Source: an uncultured Gammaproteobacteria bacterium (lineage in GTDB: Bacteria; Cyanobacteriota; Vampirovibrionia; LMEP-6097). Taken from it: a DNA stretch of 64,000 nt. Of this stretch, positions 54,532 through 63,763 are shown one piece after another. The notes beneath the pieces were generated by a model. That model was not told the origin of the DNA and searched no databases. It saw only the letters and a list, made by a program, of their open reading frames with translations. Each line of letters begins with the position of its first letter. The first letter of the stretch is position 1. The DNA is taken from positions 383-64,382 of the forward strand of contig CAZELI010000011.1 in the NCBI GenBank assembly GCA_964512985.1, read 5' to 3'. A program made the position numbers and the translations under genes.

Positions 54532-56280
54532 ATGAAATTAAGTAGCATGTTTAGGAAAAAATGTATTGTTAAGTTAAATGAAGAACCGATAGATAGTGTT
54601 GGTCATTTAAGCTTAAACAGAATTCTTACGACCAGGGATTTAACGGCACTGGGAGTTGCAGCGATTATTGGTGCTGGAGTATTTAGTACTATAGGACGCG
54701 CTTGCTTCAACGGTGGTCCCGCAGTATCTCTACTATTCGTGTTTACTGCTATCACCTGTACTTTCTGTGCCCTTTGTTACGCAGAGTTCGCTTCTAGAGT
54801 GCCAGTAGCTGGCAGTGCTTACACATATTCATATGTGGCATTTGGTGAGATCGTTGCGTGGATCATTGGTTGGAACCTGATCATGGAATATGCCATCGGT
54901 AATATCACCGTAGCCATAGCCTGGTCTAGTAATCTTGTGAGCTTCCTTAGAGGCTTTGGTATTCATATACCTGACTACTTAGCTAATAGTTATATGGCAG
55001 CAGCTAAAGGACACAATAAATTCATGGAACTTAGTGCCCAAGCCAGTTCTATCCCTGCGCCTAATCCACCGATAGAAATTCCTAGTCATCTAAACTACTT
55101 ACATGAAGTATGGCTTAATGCGCCACATATCTTTGGCATTCCTCTAATACTTAACCTACCAGCCTTCTTGAGCGTAGTAGCTATTACTGTTCTAGTTTAT
55201 GTCGGTGTGAAGGAGTCTCGTAACACTACTCTATTTATGGTTGCATTTAAAGTAGTAGTAGTTCTATTAGTAATTCTTATCGGTGCTTTCTATGTCAATC
55301 CTGAGAACTGGGTACCCTTTGCTCCTAATGGAGTCAGAGGTGTGATGCAGGGTGTCTCAGCAGTGTTCTTTGCGTATGTGGGATTTGATGCTGTCTCTAC
55401 TACAGCTGAAGAATGTAAAAATCCTCAGAAAGATTTACCTCAAGGTATGATTAATTCTCTACTTATTTGTACAGCTTTATATATTGCAATCTCACTTGTG
55501 TTAACAGGAATGGTTAAATATACAGAACTAAACGTGGGTGATTTTATTGTAGTAGCGTTTAACTCAGTAGGCTTAAACTGGCTCGGTGGCATACTTGCAC
55601 TCAGTGCAGTCGTAGCAACTACTAGCGTAATGTTAGTATTCCAATTAGCACAGCCGCGTATTTGGATGGCAATGAGCCGCGATGGTTTACTACCTAAAAA
55701 ATTCTCTTATATACATCCTAAGTTTCGTACTCCGAGCTTTGCGACTATAATTATGGGCTTTATGGTAGCAGTACCTGCTCTAATCCTAGATGCTGAACTC
55801 GCCACAGATATGAATAGTATCGGGACCTTGTTTGCGTTTGCGGCAGTTTGTGCTGGTATCTTGATGCTTCCTAAAGAAGGTACTCATGGTAAATTTATGG
55901 TGCCTTTTATTGATGGACGTTTTATTATTCCTGCGCTAGTACTTATTAGTGGAATGTTGCTCTATGTTTATAATGCTCAAGCTTGCTGCGAATTCTTTAG
56001 CTTAGATCATGCTGTCTTAAGTCCAATGCAGGTCTTCGTTAATAAGATCCCGCATTTTAGTTTCGTTGCTTTAGTAGTTGGCATGGCAATCTTAAGCTTC
56101 CTGAAGAAACTTTCTGTTATTCCTGTATTAGGTTTACTTTCTTGTTTCTATTTAATGACAGAACTTGGAATCCTTAATTGGCAGAGATTTGGCGTATGGA
56201 TGTTAATAGGATTTACTATCTATTTTATATATGGATATAGTCACAGCCAGATGGGCAAGGAAGAAAAAGCTAAGCCTTAA
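54532..56280 (+). CDS. APC-superfamily amino acid permease (cationic amino acid transporter-like)
   Basis: 582 aa with 12-14 TM helices. GAGVFSTIG and FFAYVGFDAVSTTAEE. TATAAT (54518-54523) lies 8 nt before the ATG. Confidence 0.8.
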   Translation: MKLSSMFRKKCIVKLNEEPIDSVGHLSLNRILTTRDLTALGVAAIIGAGVFSTIGRACFNGGPAVSLLFVFTAITCTFCALCYAEFASRVPVAGSAYTYSYVAFGEIVAWIIGWNLIMEYAIGNITVAIAWSSNLVSFLRGFGIHIPDYLANSYMAAAKGHNKFMELSAQASSIPAPNPPIEIPSHLNYLHEVWLNAPHIFGIPLILNLPAFLSVVAITVLVYVGVKESRNTTLFMVAFKVVVVLLVILIGAFYVNPENWVPFAPNGVRGVMQGVSAVFFAYVGFDAVSTTAEECKNPQKDLPQGMINSLLICTALYIAISLVLTGMVKYTELNVGDFIVVAFNSVGLNWLGGILALSAVVATTSVMLVFQLAQPRIWMAMSRDGLLPKKFSYIHPKFRTPSFATIIMGFMVAVPALILDAELATDMNSIGTLFAFAAVCAGILMLPKEGTHGKFMVPFIDGRFIIPALVLISGMLLYVYNAQACCEFFSLDHAVLSPMQVFVNKIPHFSFVALVVGMAILSFLKKLSVIPVLGLLSCFYLMTELGILNWQRFGVWMLIGFTIYFIYGYSHSQMGKEEKAKP

Positions 56281-57043
56281 TCCAATCTATAATATCTTTT
56301 CCAATAGGCGCGACTAAATCTGACCAAATCCAGTCGTGATCAGCACCTGAGTAAACTTTCATGGTTTTACTCTTGGAAGGTATTTCTTTAAAATATAGAT
56401 CTTGAGTTGCATTATCCACAACCTTGTCACCTTCCATTTGGATACAAAGCACTGGAGTTTGTAATTTAAGAATATTCTTCTGAGTTATGCCGCGCATTTT
56501 CACTATCTCAAACAATAATGTTTGCGTTACGGTACCAACTCTCAGCGGATCAGTCATCGCTGGAGTAAGTTTAGCTTTCTCTGAGACGGGCATCTCCACA
56601 TATACATCTCGATCAAAAATTAATTTATCAATAATTATTTTTCGTACTGTGTTAATCATAAAAGACAAATCAAAAGTAGACGAAGCACCCTTAAAGCCAG
56701 GCACTGACAGTATTAGCTTGTCTCCTTGAGCAATCTCTGGAAGATTCACTGCAATTAAAGCTCCGAGACTATGTCCTAGAATAGTGATTCTTGAATTAGG
56801 ATTTTTATCCTTAAGAAGCTCGTACTTTCTCTGCACAAAATCTATCCACTCTTGATAGGAATCTACATGACCCTTAGTATAAGGACTATGGTTATCAGGT
56901 GCTAAATTATGATTCTTACCAAAGCCCGGTAAGTCATAAGCCACAAACTCTATACCATTACGCCTGCATTCTTCTGCTAAGCTAGCAAACCAACCGCTAT
57001 GACCACCAAGTCCGTGAATTGCAAGTACAATGTCTTGAACCAT
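56270..57043 (-). CDS. Alpha/beta hydrolase (lysophospholipase/monoglyceride lipase-like)
   Basis: HGLGGHSGWF and nucleophile elbow GHSLG. Confidence 0.7.
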   Translation of the reverse strand: MVQDIVLAIHGLGGHSGWFASLAEECRRNGIEFVAYDLPGFGKNHNLAPDNHSPYTKGHVDSYQEWIDFVQRKYELLKDKNPNSRITILGHSLGALIAVNLPEIAQGDKLILSVPGFKGASSTFDLSFMINTVRKIIIDKLIFDRDVYVEMPVSEKAKLTPAMTDPLRVGTVTQTLLFEIVKMRGITQKNILKLQTPVLCIQMEGDKVVDNATQDLYFKEIPSKSKTMKVYSGADHDWIWSDLVAPIGKDIIDWIKA

Positions 57044-57085
57044 TTTTATATTATAAGCTCAAAATGCTTATAGGTCTTATTTCCT

Positions 57086-57198
57086 CGTCATCCTGAGGAG
57101 CAACCGTAGGTTGCGACGTAAGGATCCACTATTTCGAGATAAATTTCTAATTAAGAGTGGATCCTTACGGTCGGGCTTCGCCCTCCCTCAGGATGACG
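57086..57198. mobile_element. REPIN/MITE-like palindromic doublet
   Basis: CGTCATCCTGAGGAGCAACCGTAGGTTGCGACGTAAGGATCCAC, a 27-nt spacer, then GTGGATCCTTACGGTCGGGCTTCGCCCTCCCTCAGGATGACG. Has the same two modules as 4094-4204 in opposite order. Confidence 0.9.
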
Positions 57199-57203
57199 AG
57201 GGA

Positions 57204-58169
57204 CTACACTGTCACTGTCGCCACTGGGCTAGAGTTCTTGTAAAGCATTAATGCCAATCTTCCAGAACCTTGGGATAGCATATTGAAAGCAAGTTTATTG
57301 TGATTACCCTTAGTCACTCTCGCTAAACCATCAAATAAACTCTCAAACAAGAAACATATACCTGATGCTTTCTTGATTATCTCTTTCTCAAGTAGCATAC
57401 CCCAATCAAACAAAGGTCCCGAAAAGTCTCTTAAGTAACCAAATCCCTTTTCAGCACCAGTTAACGCATATCCTATAGTAGCTGTCGCCGAACCAATACT
57501 ACTCAAGAAAGCATGATGCCCCTTAGTTGTGAGAGTAAGGAGACTCTTCGCTGGTTGAGTGACAAGCTCCTTAGCAAGCTTTCCTAATGCCTTACTTACT
57601 TCAAAGAAACCAGTCTTGATATCAGGGAAAACTCCATTCTTATAACTCACATGATGATCAGTTGCAGTCCATAATTGATCTGTAGCAGTAGGCAAGCCTC
57701 TAATTAAATATATGTTTTTTAAATTACCTAACCAAGGAAAAATTAATTCACCAGTGAAACCTAGCATCGTAAAAATATTATTTCTTACATAACCGTCAGC
57801 GATTCCACTGAAACCATAAGGCAAGAAACTTAATTTCAAGATAGTTGAAACTATAGTCTCTATGCGCTTTTGAATTGTTTCTGAGAAACCCATCTTCATT
57901 AATATCGCACCAAGGAAATTCGCTCCTAAAGCCAGCCAGCAACTTTTACTTTCTACTTGATCTAGAACTTGTTTCCATGGCGGTGCAGTGTCTTTTTTAG
58001 GAGCAGTTTTTAATTCAGGAACTTCAAAAAGCTCGGCAATATGATCATCATCCCTGTGATTATTCACAGGCAAATCTAAAGCAGGATCTATTACTTCGTT
58101 AAAGCGCTTCGGCCACGAAATATTAGTATCCATCGCAGGTTTCTCTGCAATCGATGTAGCGATTACCAT
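57204..58169 (-). CDS. Hypothetical protein, polar N-terminus then hydrophobic/helical body
   Basis: ORF only; no motif recognised. Confidence 0.35.
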   Translation of the reverse strand: MVIATSIAEKPAMDTNISWPKRFNEVIDPALDLPVNNHRDDDHIAELFEVPELKTAPKKDTAPPWKQVLDQVESKSCWLALGANFLGAILMKMGFSETIQKRIETIVSTILKLSFLPYGFSGIADGYVRNNIFTMLGFTGELIFPWLGNLKNIYLIRGLPTATDQLWTATDHHVSYKNGVFPDIKTGFFEVSKALGKLAKELVTQPAKSLLTLTTKGHHAFLSSIGSATATIGYALTGAEKGFGYLRDFSGPLFDWGMLLEKEIIKKASGICFLFESLFDGLARVTKGNHNKLAFNMLSQGSGRLALMLYKNSSPVATVTV

Positions 58170-58228
58170 ATTGATTAAGCTTTACACCAGGGCGTAAAGA
58201 CAGATACATATTGTACTACAATAGGTAT

Positions 58229-58699
58229 TTACCCCGAAATAACTAAATATCTAAGCCCGTAACTAACCAGAATTCCAAGTATTGCACCCGCTAAAACTTC
58301 CTTAGGACTATGCCCAAGTAGCTCTTTTAATTTAGCACCACTTAAAGTATGCTCAGCAGAAAGTAATTCTTTCACGATGCTATTTAAGACTCGTGCTTGC
58401 TTGCCAGCAGCCTGTCTTACTCCAGCAGAATCATACATAACTATTATCGCAAGCGTAGCAGCTAAAGCAAAACTAATCGATGAGAATCCTTCAATCAAAC
58501 CAACACTAGTAGCCATAGCTACCACCGAAGCGCTATGACTTGAAGGCATACCACCAGTAGTAAATAACATGCGCAAATCTGGCTGCTTGTGTTGTAAAGC
58601 ATGAATGGAAGTTTTTAAAACTTGGGCTATAACATTCGCTGCGACTAAAGAAGTCAGCACTTCATAACCTGTACAATCAATTGTTTCGAGATATGACAT
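58229..58699 (-). CDS. Divergent PAP2 / DUF212 membrane protein
   Basis: GGMPSSHSASV and YDSAGVRQAAGKQARVLN. Confidence 0.7.
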   Translation of the reverse strand: MSYLETIDCTGYEVLTSLVAANVIAQVLKTSIHALQHKQPDLRMLFTTGGMPSSHSASVVAMATSVGLIEGFSSISFALAATLAIIVMYDSAGVRQAAGKQARVLNSIVKELLSAEHTLSGAKLKELLGHSPKEVLAGAILGILVSYGLRYLVISG

Positions 58700-59600
58700 A
58701 GTTGGCTACGAGTTTAAGTTTAGCAGCATATATCGTTACTGAGTCAAGATCTCTCTTAGCAGATTCAATTAATTCCGTTGCCATCTCAGAAGCCCTAGTT
58801 ATGCCATATTCTTGAACATATGTGAATTTATTCTGCTTAAGATCCTTGCCCACTGTCTTACCAAGCTCTTCGGTACTAGCAGTATGATCCAAGATATCAT
58901 CAGCGATTTGGAACGCAAGCCCTAGCTTAGTAGCATAAGCATCCAGTGCCTGGACCTGATTTGTATTAGCACCAGCCAGGATCGCCGCTAATCTCACCGA
59001 TGCTCTGAGAATAGCTCCTGTCTTGAGTTCTTGCATACACTTCAAATCTTCAATAGTTTTATTAATTTTATTCGGTAGCTCTAGATCCATTGCCTGACCA
59101 GCAATCATATCCTTAATCGCTTGAATAAACTCTAGAGTCACTAAGCTTAGATTATGCTTGGCAGTTTCTGGTGTTTTAGTAATTAATACTTCTATTGGAT
59201 AACAGAGTAAAGTATCACCAGCCAGTAAAGCGATAGCCTCCCCGTAAACCTTATGGTTAGTGGGTTTACCACGACGTAGATCATCGTCATCCATACACGG
59301 TAAATCATCATGTATCAGTGAACCACAATGAACGAGTTCTATAGCGAGCGCCAAGCCTGCTGCTGGATTAGTGTTGAAACTAAGTATGTTTTCTGATTTA
59401 AGGATAGCCTCCGCCGTAAGTAATGAAAGTATCGCTCTAAGGCGCTTCCCTCCATTCATAACGCTATAGCTGATAGCTTCCAAGCTCTTAGATTTAGCTA
59501 AATTAATAGTACTAGGTTCTTTCAGCAAGCTCTCTAATTCCAGCTCTATATTATTTTTGTATTCTTGTAATAAGGTTTGGATATCAGTCTCAAGCAACAT
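58677..59600 (-). CDS. Polyprenyl (geranylgeranyl/farnesyl) diphosphate synthase
   Basis: First Asp-rich motif LIHDDLPCMDDDDLRRG and second motif FQIADDILD. Confidence 0.85.
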   Translation of the reverse strand: MLLETDIQTLLQEYKNNIELELESLLKEPSTINLAKSKSLEAISYSVMNGGKRLRAILSLLTAEAILKSENILSFNTNPAAGLALAIELVHCGSLIHDDLPCMDDDDLRRGKPTNHKVYGEAIALLAGDTLLCYPIEVLITKTPETAKHNLSLVTLEFIQAIKDMIAGQAMDLELPNKINKTIEDLKCMQELKTGAILRASVRLAAILAGANTNQVQALDAYATKLGLAFQIADDILDHTASTEELGKTVGKDLKQNKFTYVQEYGITRASEMATELIESAKRDLDSVTIYAAKLKLVANYVISRNN

Positions 59601-59611
59601 TTAGAACTTGA

Positions 59612-60256
59612 TTATATCTCATTTTTCAAAACCAAGCTTTCGGCGTATCGCATTTCACCAGTAGCAAACTTCGTAATTATTGCTTCTCGCTCTTCAGGTT
59701 TGGCTGCTTTTAATTCTTTACTTAAAACTTGAACATGAATCGCTTCTGGTTTATTCGGATCAAAGTTTTTAAGATGCGGGAAGAATTTTGCTTCTTTCGC
59801 TTTAACTACTTCTGCAAGCTTAAAAGGATCTTTTTGTAATTTTGTTATAAGCTCTTGTAGCTGCCAGCAACGTAAGAGAAATTCCCGTGGATAAGATCTA
59901 GCATCCAGATTCAATTCTTCATTCAAAAATTTAATTACCGATTCTGATTTCATCCACTCTGATAATTCTTGGTTCACTTTATTTGCATGCTGCCAAGTTT
60001 CTATTTCTTGTGCTTTAGCAAGCTCATAACCTTTTTTATCATTCTGAGCTTGTAATTTTTGTATCTTTCTATACTCAAGTAAATCAGTCCAAGCCTGCAA
60101 ATTAGTACAAGTATCTAAACTTTCTGAGAACCTACCTTTGAGTTTCTCCAAACTAGGATTTTGAAATTCCATTCCTGAAGCAGCTAAAACTAATGCTGCT
60201 AGACCTCCTCCATAAAGCCAAGGTCTATAAGCTACAGTGGGCCTAGTTTCAGTCAT
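59612..60256 (-). CDS. Hypothetical protein with an N-terminal TM helix
   Basis: ORF only. Confidence 0.35.
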   Translation of the reverse strand: MTETRPTVAYRPWLYGGGLAALVLAASGMEFQNPSLEKLKGRFSESLDTCTNLQAWTDLLEYRKIQKLQAQNDKKGYELAKAQEIETWQHANKVNQELSEWMKSESVIKFLNEELNLDARSYPREFLLRCWQLQELITKLQKDPFKLAEVVKAKEAKFFPHLKNFDPNKPEAIHVQVLSKELKAAKPEEREAIITKFATGEMRYAESLVLKNEI

Positions 60257-60393
60257 AAATTGATACCTCCATACAGAATATTAACTAGAACTTATTATAA
60301 ACTATCGTCCATTATACTGTACGATTTTCTTTAGAGAATGGGAATTATAAGGTATAAATATAGATATTTTTATCCATTATATAGGACGATAGC

Positions 60394-61188
60394 TTGAGAT
60401 TCTTAATACAAATCATAATTATAATTTTGGCCACTACACTAGCTGCTAAGGCGAGTTTTTCGCCAATATCCACAGATCCTGCAAATAACGACAGTCTTGT
60501 TGCTAGGAATCCAGTTTTTACTCTAGATTTCTCTCATAATGCTTGCTGGTATATGTTTATGGCTTACGTTAAAAATGCTAATGATGATTCGACAATAGAT
60601 ACTCTCACTATGGCTAATCTTAATGGCGATGGAACTTCTCGAATCACTCTTAGTACTAATGTAACTTTAGCTTCAAATACTGCTTACTATTTGGATTTAC
60701 CTGCTGCTGCACTGCACGATTGTGATCCAAGTTATAGCAATGTTAATAACTACACTAGAGTAGATTTCACTACTGGAGCTTGTACGGGGTCTGGCACTTG
60801 CTGTTACAACCCACCTTCATGTATTGGTCCTTGCTTTGGGAACTATAATGGTATTAAGCATTTGTCACCACCTGATAATGGGCACTTTATGCAAAGCTAC
60901 GAAGGGATAGGCATTGTATTTAATGGCAATGTTACTATCGGCACTGGAAATATCATTATTCGAAGATATAGTGATGATGTAGCTTTTGAGACTATCAATG
61001 TTAATAGTGTTCGAATTACTGGCTGGGGAACCGATAGAATTAAAATAGACCCCATTGGTAACTTAGCTGACAATACTCAGTACTATATAAACTTTGATAT
61101 TGAAGGTTGGAGTTTAACAGGTAATAAGGATAAATGGAATTTCTGGACTAAGAGTACTCCTAATAGCTTTTCGGGGAGTGGTTTATAA
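60394..61188 (+). CDS. Secreted two-domain Ig-like (SbsA/Big_5-like) protein, paralog A
   Basis: TTG start. Signal peptide ending AKA-SFSPIS. Cys-rich linker CCYNPPSCIGPC. C-terminal ...WNFWTKSTPNSFSGSGL. Confidence 0.55.
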   Translation: MRFLIQIIIIILATTLAAKASFSPISTDPANNDSLVARNPVFTLDFSHNACWYMFMAYVKNANDDSTIDTLTMANLNGDGTSRITLSTNVTLASNTAYYLDLPAAALHDCDPSYSNVNNYTRVDFTTGACTGSGTCCYNPPSCIGPCFGNYNGIKHLSPPDNGHFMQSYEGIGIVFNGNVTIGTGNIIIRRYSDDVAFETINVNSVRITGWGTDRIKIDPIGNLADNTQYYINFDIEGWSLTGNKDKWNFWTKSTPNSFSGSGL

Positions 61189-61213
61189 ATCATTATTGAC
61201 TTAATATATAAGA

Positions 61214-62821
61214 ATGCCCATTCTTTCTAAATTATTATTGAATCCTAAATCAAGACTAATTTTTGCTTTATGTGCAGGTTTACTATTAACTAGCACTGCT
61301 CCATATATTGGCTTGGGGATATATGCTTGGGTTGCTTTAGTTCCTCTCTTCCTTCTTATTAGAACGTCCACTTCTTATAAAGCTGCTTCACTTGAGGCTT
61401 TGGTTTTCTTGCTTAGTTATAATCTAAGTTTTTTCATTTGGATACTTGGTGTACATCCGTTAACTTGGCTGCATATAGGTAACACAGAGAGCCTGATTGT
61501 AACTTTTTTAATCTGGTTTCTTACAGCTCTGTTTCATAGTGTTGTTTTAAGCCCAGTGATTCTTCTCACTAAATTTCTTTTCTTGAAAAATAAAGTCAAT
61601 GAATTATCAATGATCTATATCATTCTTATTGCACTTGCCTGGGTGCTAACAACTCACACCTTAACATTAAATCTCGAGCCAAACCTTGCTAGTATCGCCA
61701 TTCCATTGAATGAATTAGCTTACAGCCAATACCAATACAAAGAAATTATTCAATGCTGCAATATAATTGGCGCTATCGGTTTAGAGTTCTTGATTGTATT
61801 AGTTAACTTAGTTCTCTTGAATTTATTAGATACTAATCTAAAAATCAACCGCAAAAATTTAACTAAATACTTAACTATAATTATTATTCTTTTCGTCGTA
61901 CTATTAAGTTACGGAAAATCTGAAATCGAACAAGCCAAAAAACAAAGAAGCGAGAATTCTAGTAAACTTAAATCTTTTGCGATAGTACAAGCCAATTACT
62001 CACAGGCTTCTAAGGAAGTGAATACCACCGATCCTCTCGCTACAATTAAATACCAACACCAACTTTCTGGGCAGGTTCAAAACAGAGTTGATTTTCTTTT
62101 TTGGGCTGAAGGATCAGTACGAGTAGTTAATAAAAGTAAATTACAAGTTACTTTATTTAGAGATCTGGTTAGTAAAGCAAACGTTTTTGTTTATAGTACT
62201 CCAATGATAATTACTGGACATAATTATACTGTAATTGATTTTATGGAGTATAACTATACTGGTAATGTTGCAACAGGTTTTAATTTACAACATTATTACA
62301 AATCAAGATTAATGCCCTTTGGCGAGTACACTCCATTCTATAACTGGCTACCAGCAAATTTACAACAAATCTCTGATAACACTATTGGTGAAAATTTTAT
62401 TTCAAGTTCACCGAATCAACCTCTTTTAATTAATAAGATAAAAATTGCTAGCACTCTATGTTCTGAACTTATGTTCCCACAAATCTTACGCAAGCAAGTC
62501 AGAGAAGGAGCAGAGTTAATGCTCAATCTCAATGATCTCTCTTGGTACAGAAGTCCACTAAATATTTTTAGAAGCACTAGACCTAATACCTATGATCAAC
62601 CTGGCGAAGATATGGTTAAGAAACTTTTCTTTGCTGTAGCGGTTTTTAGAGCAGTTGAAAACCATAGAGATCTCATCTTATCCTCTAACACAGGTTATTC
62701 TGCCCTTATTAACCATGCTGGAGAAGTCTTAGTACTTAGTGGAGCTAATAGACCTGCCATCCTGCAAAACTCCTTCTTACCAACAGCAGAGAAGTCTATT
62801 TATACCTTCTACAGTTGGTAA
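61214..62821 (+). CDS. lnt: Apolipoprotein N-acyltransferase
   Basis: N-terminal polytopic domain plus a CN-hydrolase domain with LFWAEGS (Glu), YKSRLMPFGEYTPF (Lys) and TLCSELMF (Cys). Confidence 0.8.
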   Translation: MPILSKLLLNPKSRLIFALCAGLLLTSTAPYIGLGIYAWVALVPLFLLIRTSTSYKAASLEALVFLLSYNLSFFIWILGVHPLTWLHIGNTESLIVTFLIWFLTALFHSVVLSPVILLTKFLFLKNKVNELSMIYIILIALAWVLTTHTLTLNLEPNLASIAIPLNELAYSQYQYKEIIQCCNIIGAIGLEFLIVLVNLVLLNLLDTNLKINRKNLTKYLTIIIILFVVLLSYGKSEIEQAKKQRSENSSKLKSFAIVQANYSQASKEVNTTDPLATIKYQHQLSGQVQNRVDFLFWAEGSVRVVNKSKLQVTLFRDLVSKANVFVYSTPMIITGHNYTVIDFMEYNYTGNVATGFNLQHYYKSRLMPFGEYTPFYNWLPANLQQISDNTIGENFISSSPNQPLLINKIKIASTLCSELMFPQILRKQVREGAELMLNLNDLSWYRSPLNIFRSTRPNTYDQPGEDMVKKLFFAVAVFRAVENHRDLILSSNTGYSALINHAGEVLVLSGANRPAILQNSFLPTAEKSIYTFYSW

Positions 62822-62920
62822 TGGAGCTGATTGTTTTAATCTAATACAAATAACCTAGAATCTTAAACCTATAACAATCACATAATATTAATATGGACTA
62901 TCCTTGTCCTTAATAATTTA

Positions 62921-63763
62921 ATGAAAACAAACAAGAACAATCTTGTACTAAGCTTTAGTGTAGTTCTGATCTGCATTACTTTTCAATTATGCTTTTTTGA
63001 AAATCAAGCACTGGCATCGTTCGACCCAATCAGTCGTAGTCCTGCTATTGGGGCTACAGGTGTCGCTATTGATAGTAATCTAGTTATCACTTTTAATGAT
63101 AATTGGAAGGCTATACCAAGTAACTCAGGTTTTTATATTCAAATCAAAGATAGTAATAATAATGTTTTTGCAACTTATAATTTTCCTGCATATCCTGCAA
63201 ATATCACTGGCGAAGGAACTCCCTCTTTAACCATAAACCCTAGTTCCGATTTAGCACCCCAGACTAATTATACAGTAGTGTTTTATTATGAAACTTTATA
63301 TGGTGAGAGTAATCCGACTTTTACCTACCCCGATCCAAGTACGATAGATAGTACTTGGAATTTTACTACTGGTGGTTGCTACAATCCTCCTACTTGTATC
63401 GGTCCATGTATTGCCGAAGATCCAGAGATCTTACATAAGTCGCCTCCTGATGGTGGACACTTCATGCAATCTTACGAAGGTATCAATATGATTCTTGATC
63501 AAGTTGTTACAGTGGGCGTCGGCAATATTGTTATTAGGAAATACAGCGATGATAGCGCTGTGGAAACTATCGATGTCACAAGTAATAAAGTTACAGGCTG
63601 GGGTACTACTAGCATTACTATCAACCCCTCTGTGAATTTAGCAAACAACACTCATTACTATATTAATCTTGATTTGACAGGCTACGCTACCGCTGCTGAT
63701 AAAGACGAGTGGGATTTTTGGACTAAATCTACTCCGAATACTTTTGCTGGGAGTGGGCTATAA
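62921..63763 (+). CDS. Secreted two-domain Ig-like (SbsA/Big_5-like) protein, paralog B
   Basis: Signal peptide ending ALA-SFDPIS. Linker CYNPPTCIGPC. C-terminal ...WDFWTKSTPNTFAGSGL. Confidence 0.55.
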   Translation: MKTNKNNLVLSFSVVLICITFQLCFFENQALASFDPISRSPAIGATGVAIDSNLVITFNDNWKAIPSNSGFYIQIKDSNNNVFATYNFPAYPANITGEGTPSLTINPSSDLAPQTNYTVVFYYETLYGESNPTFTYPDPSTIDSTWNFTTGGCYNPPTCIGPCIAEDPEILHKSPPDGGHFMQSYEGINMILDQVVTVGVGNIVIRKYSDDSAVETIDVTSNKVTGWGTTSITINPSVNLANNTHYYINLDLTGYATAADKDEWDFWTKSTPNTFAGSGL

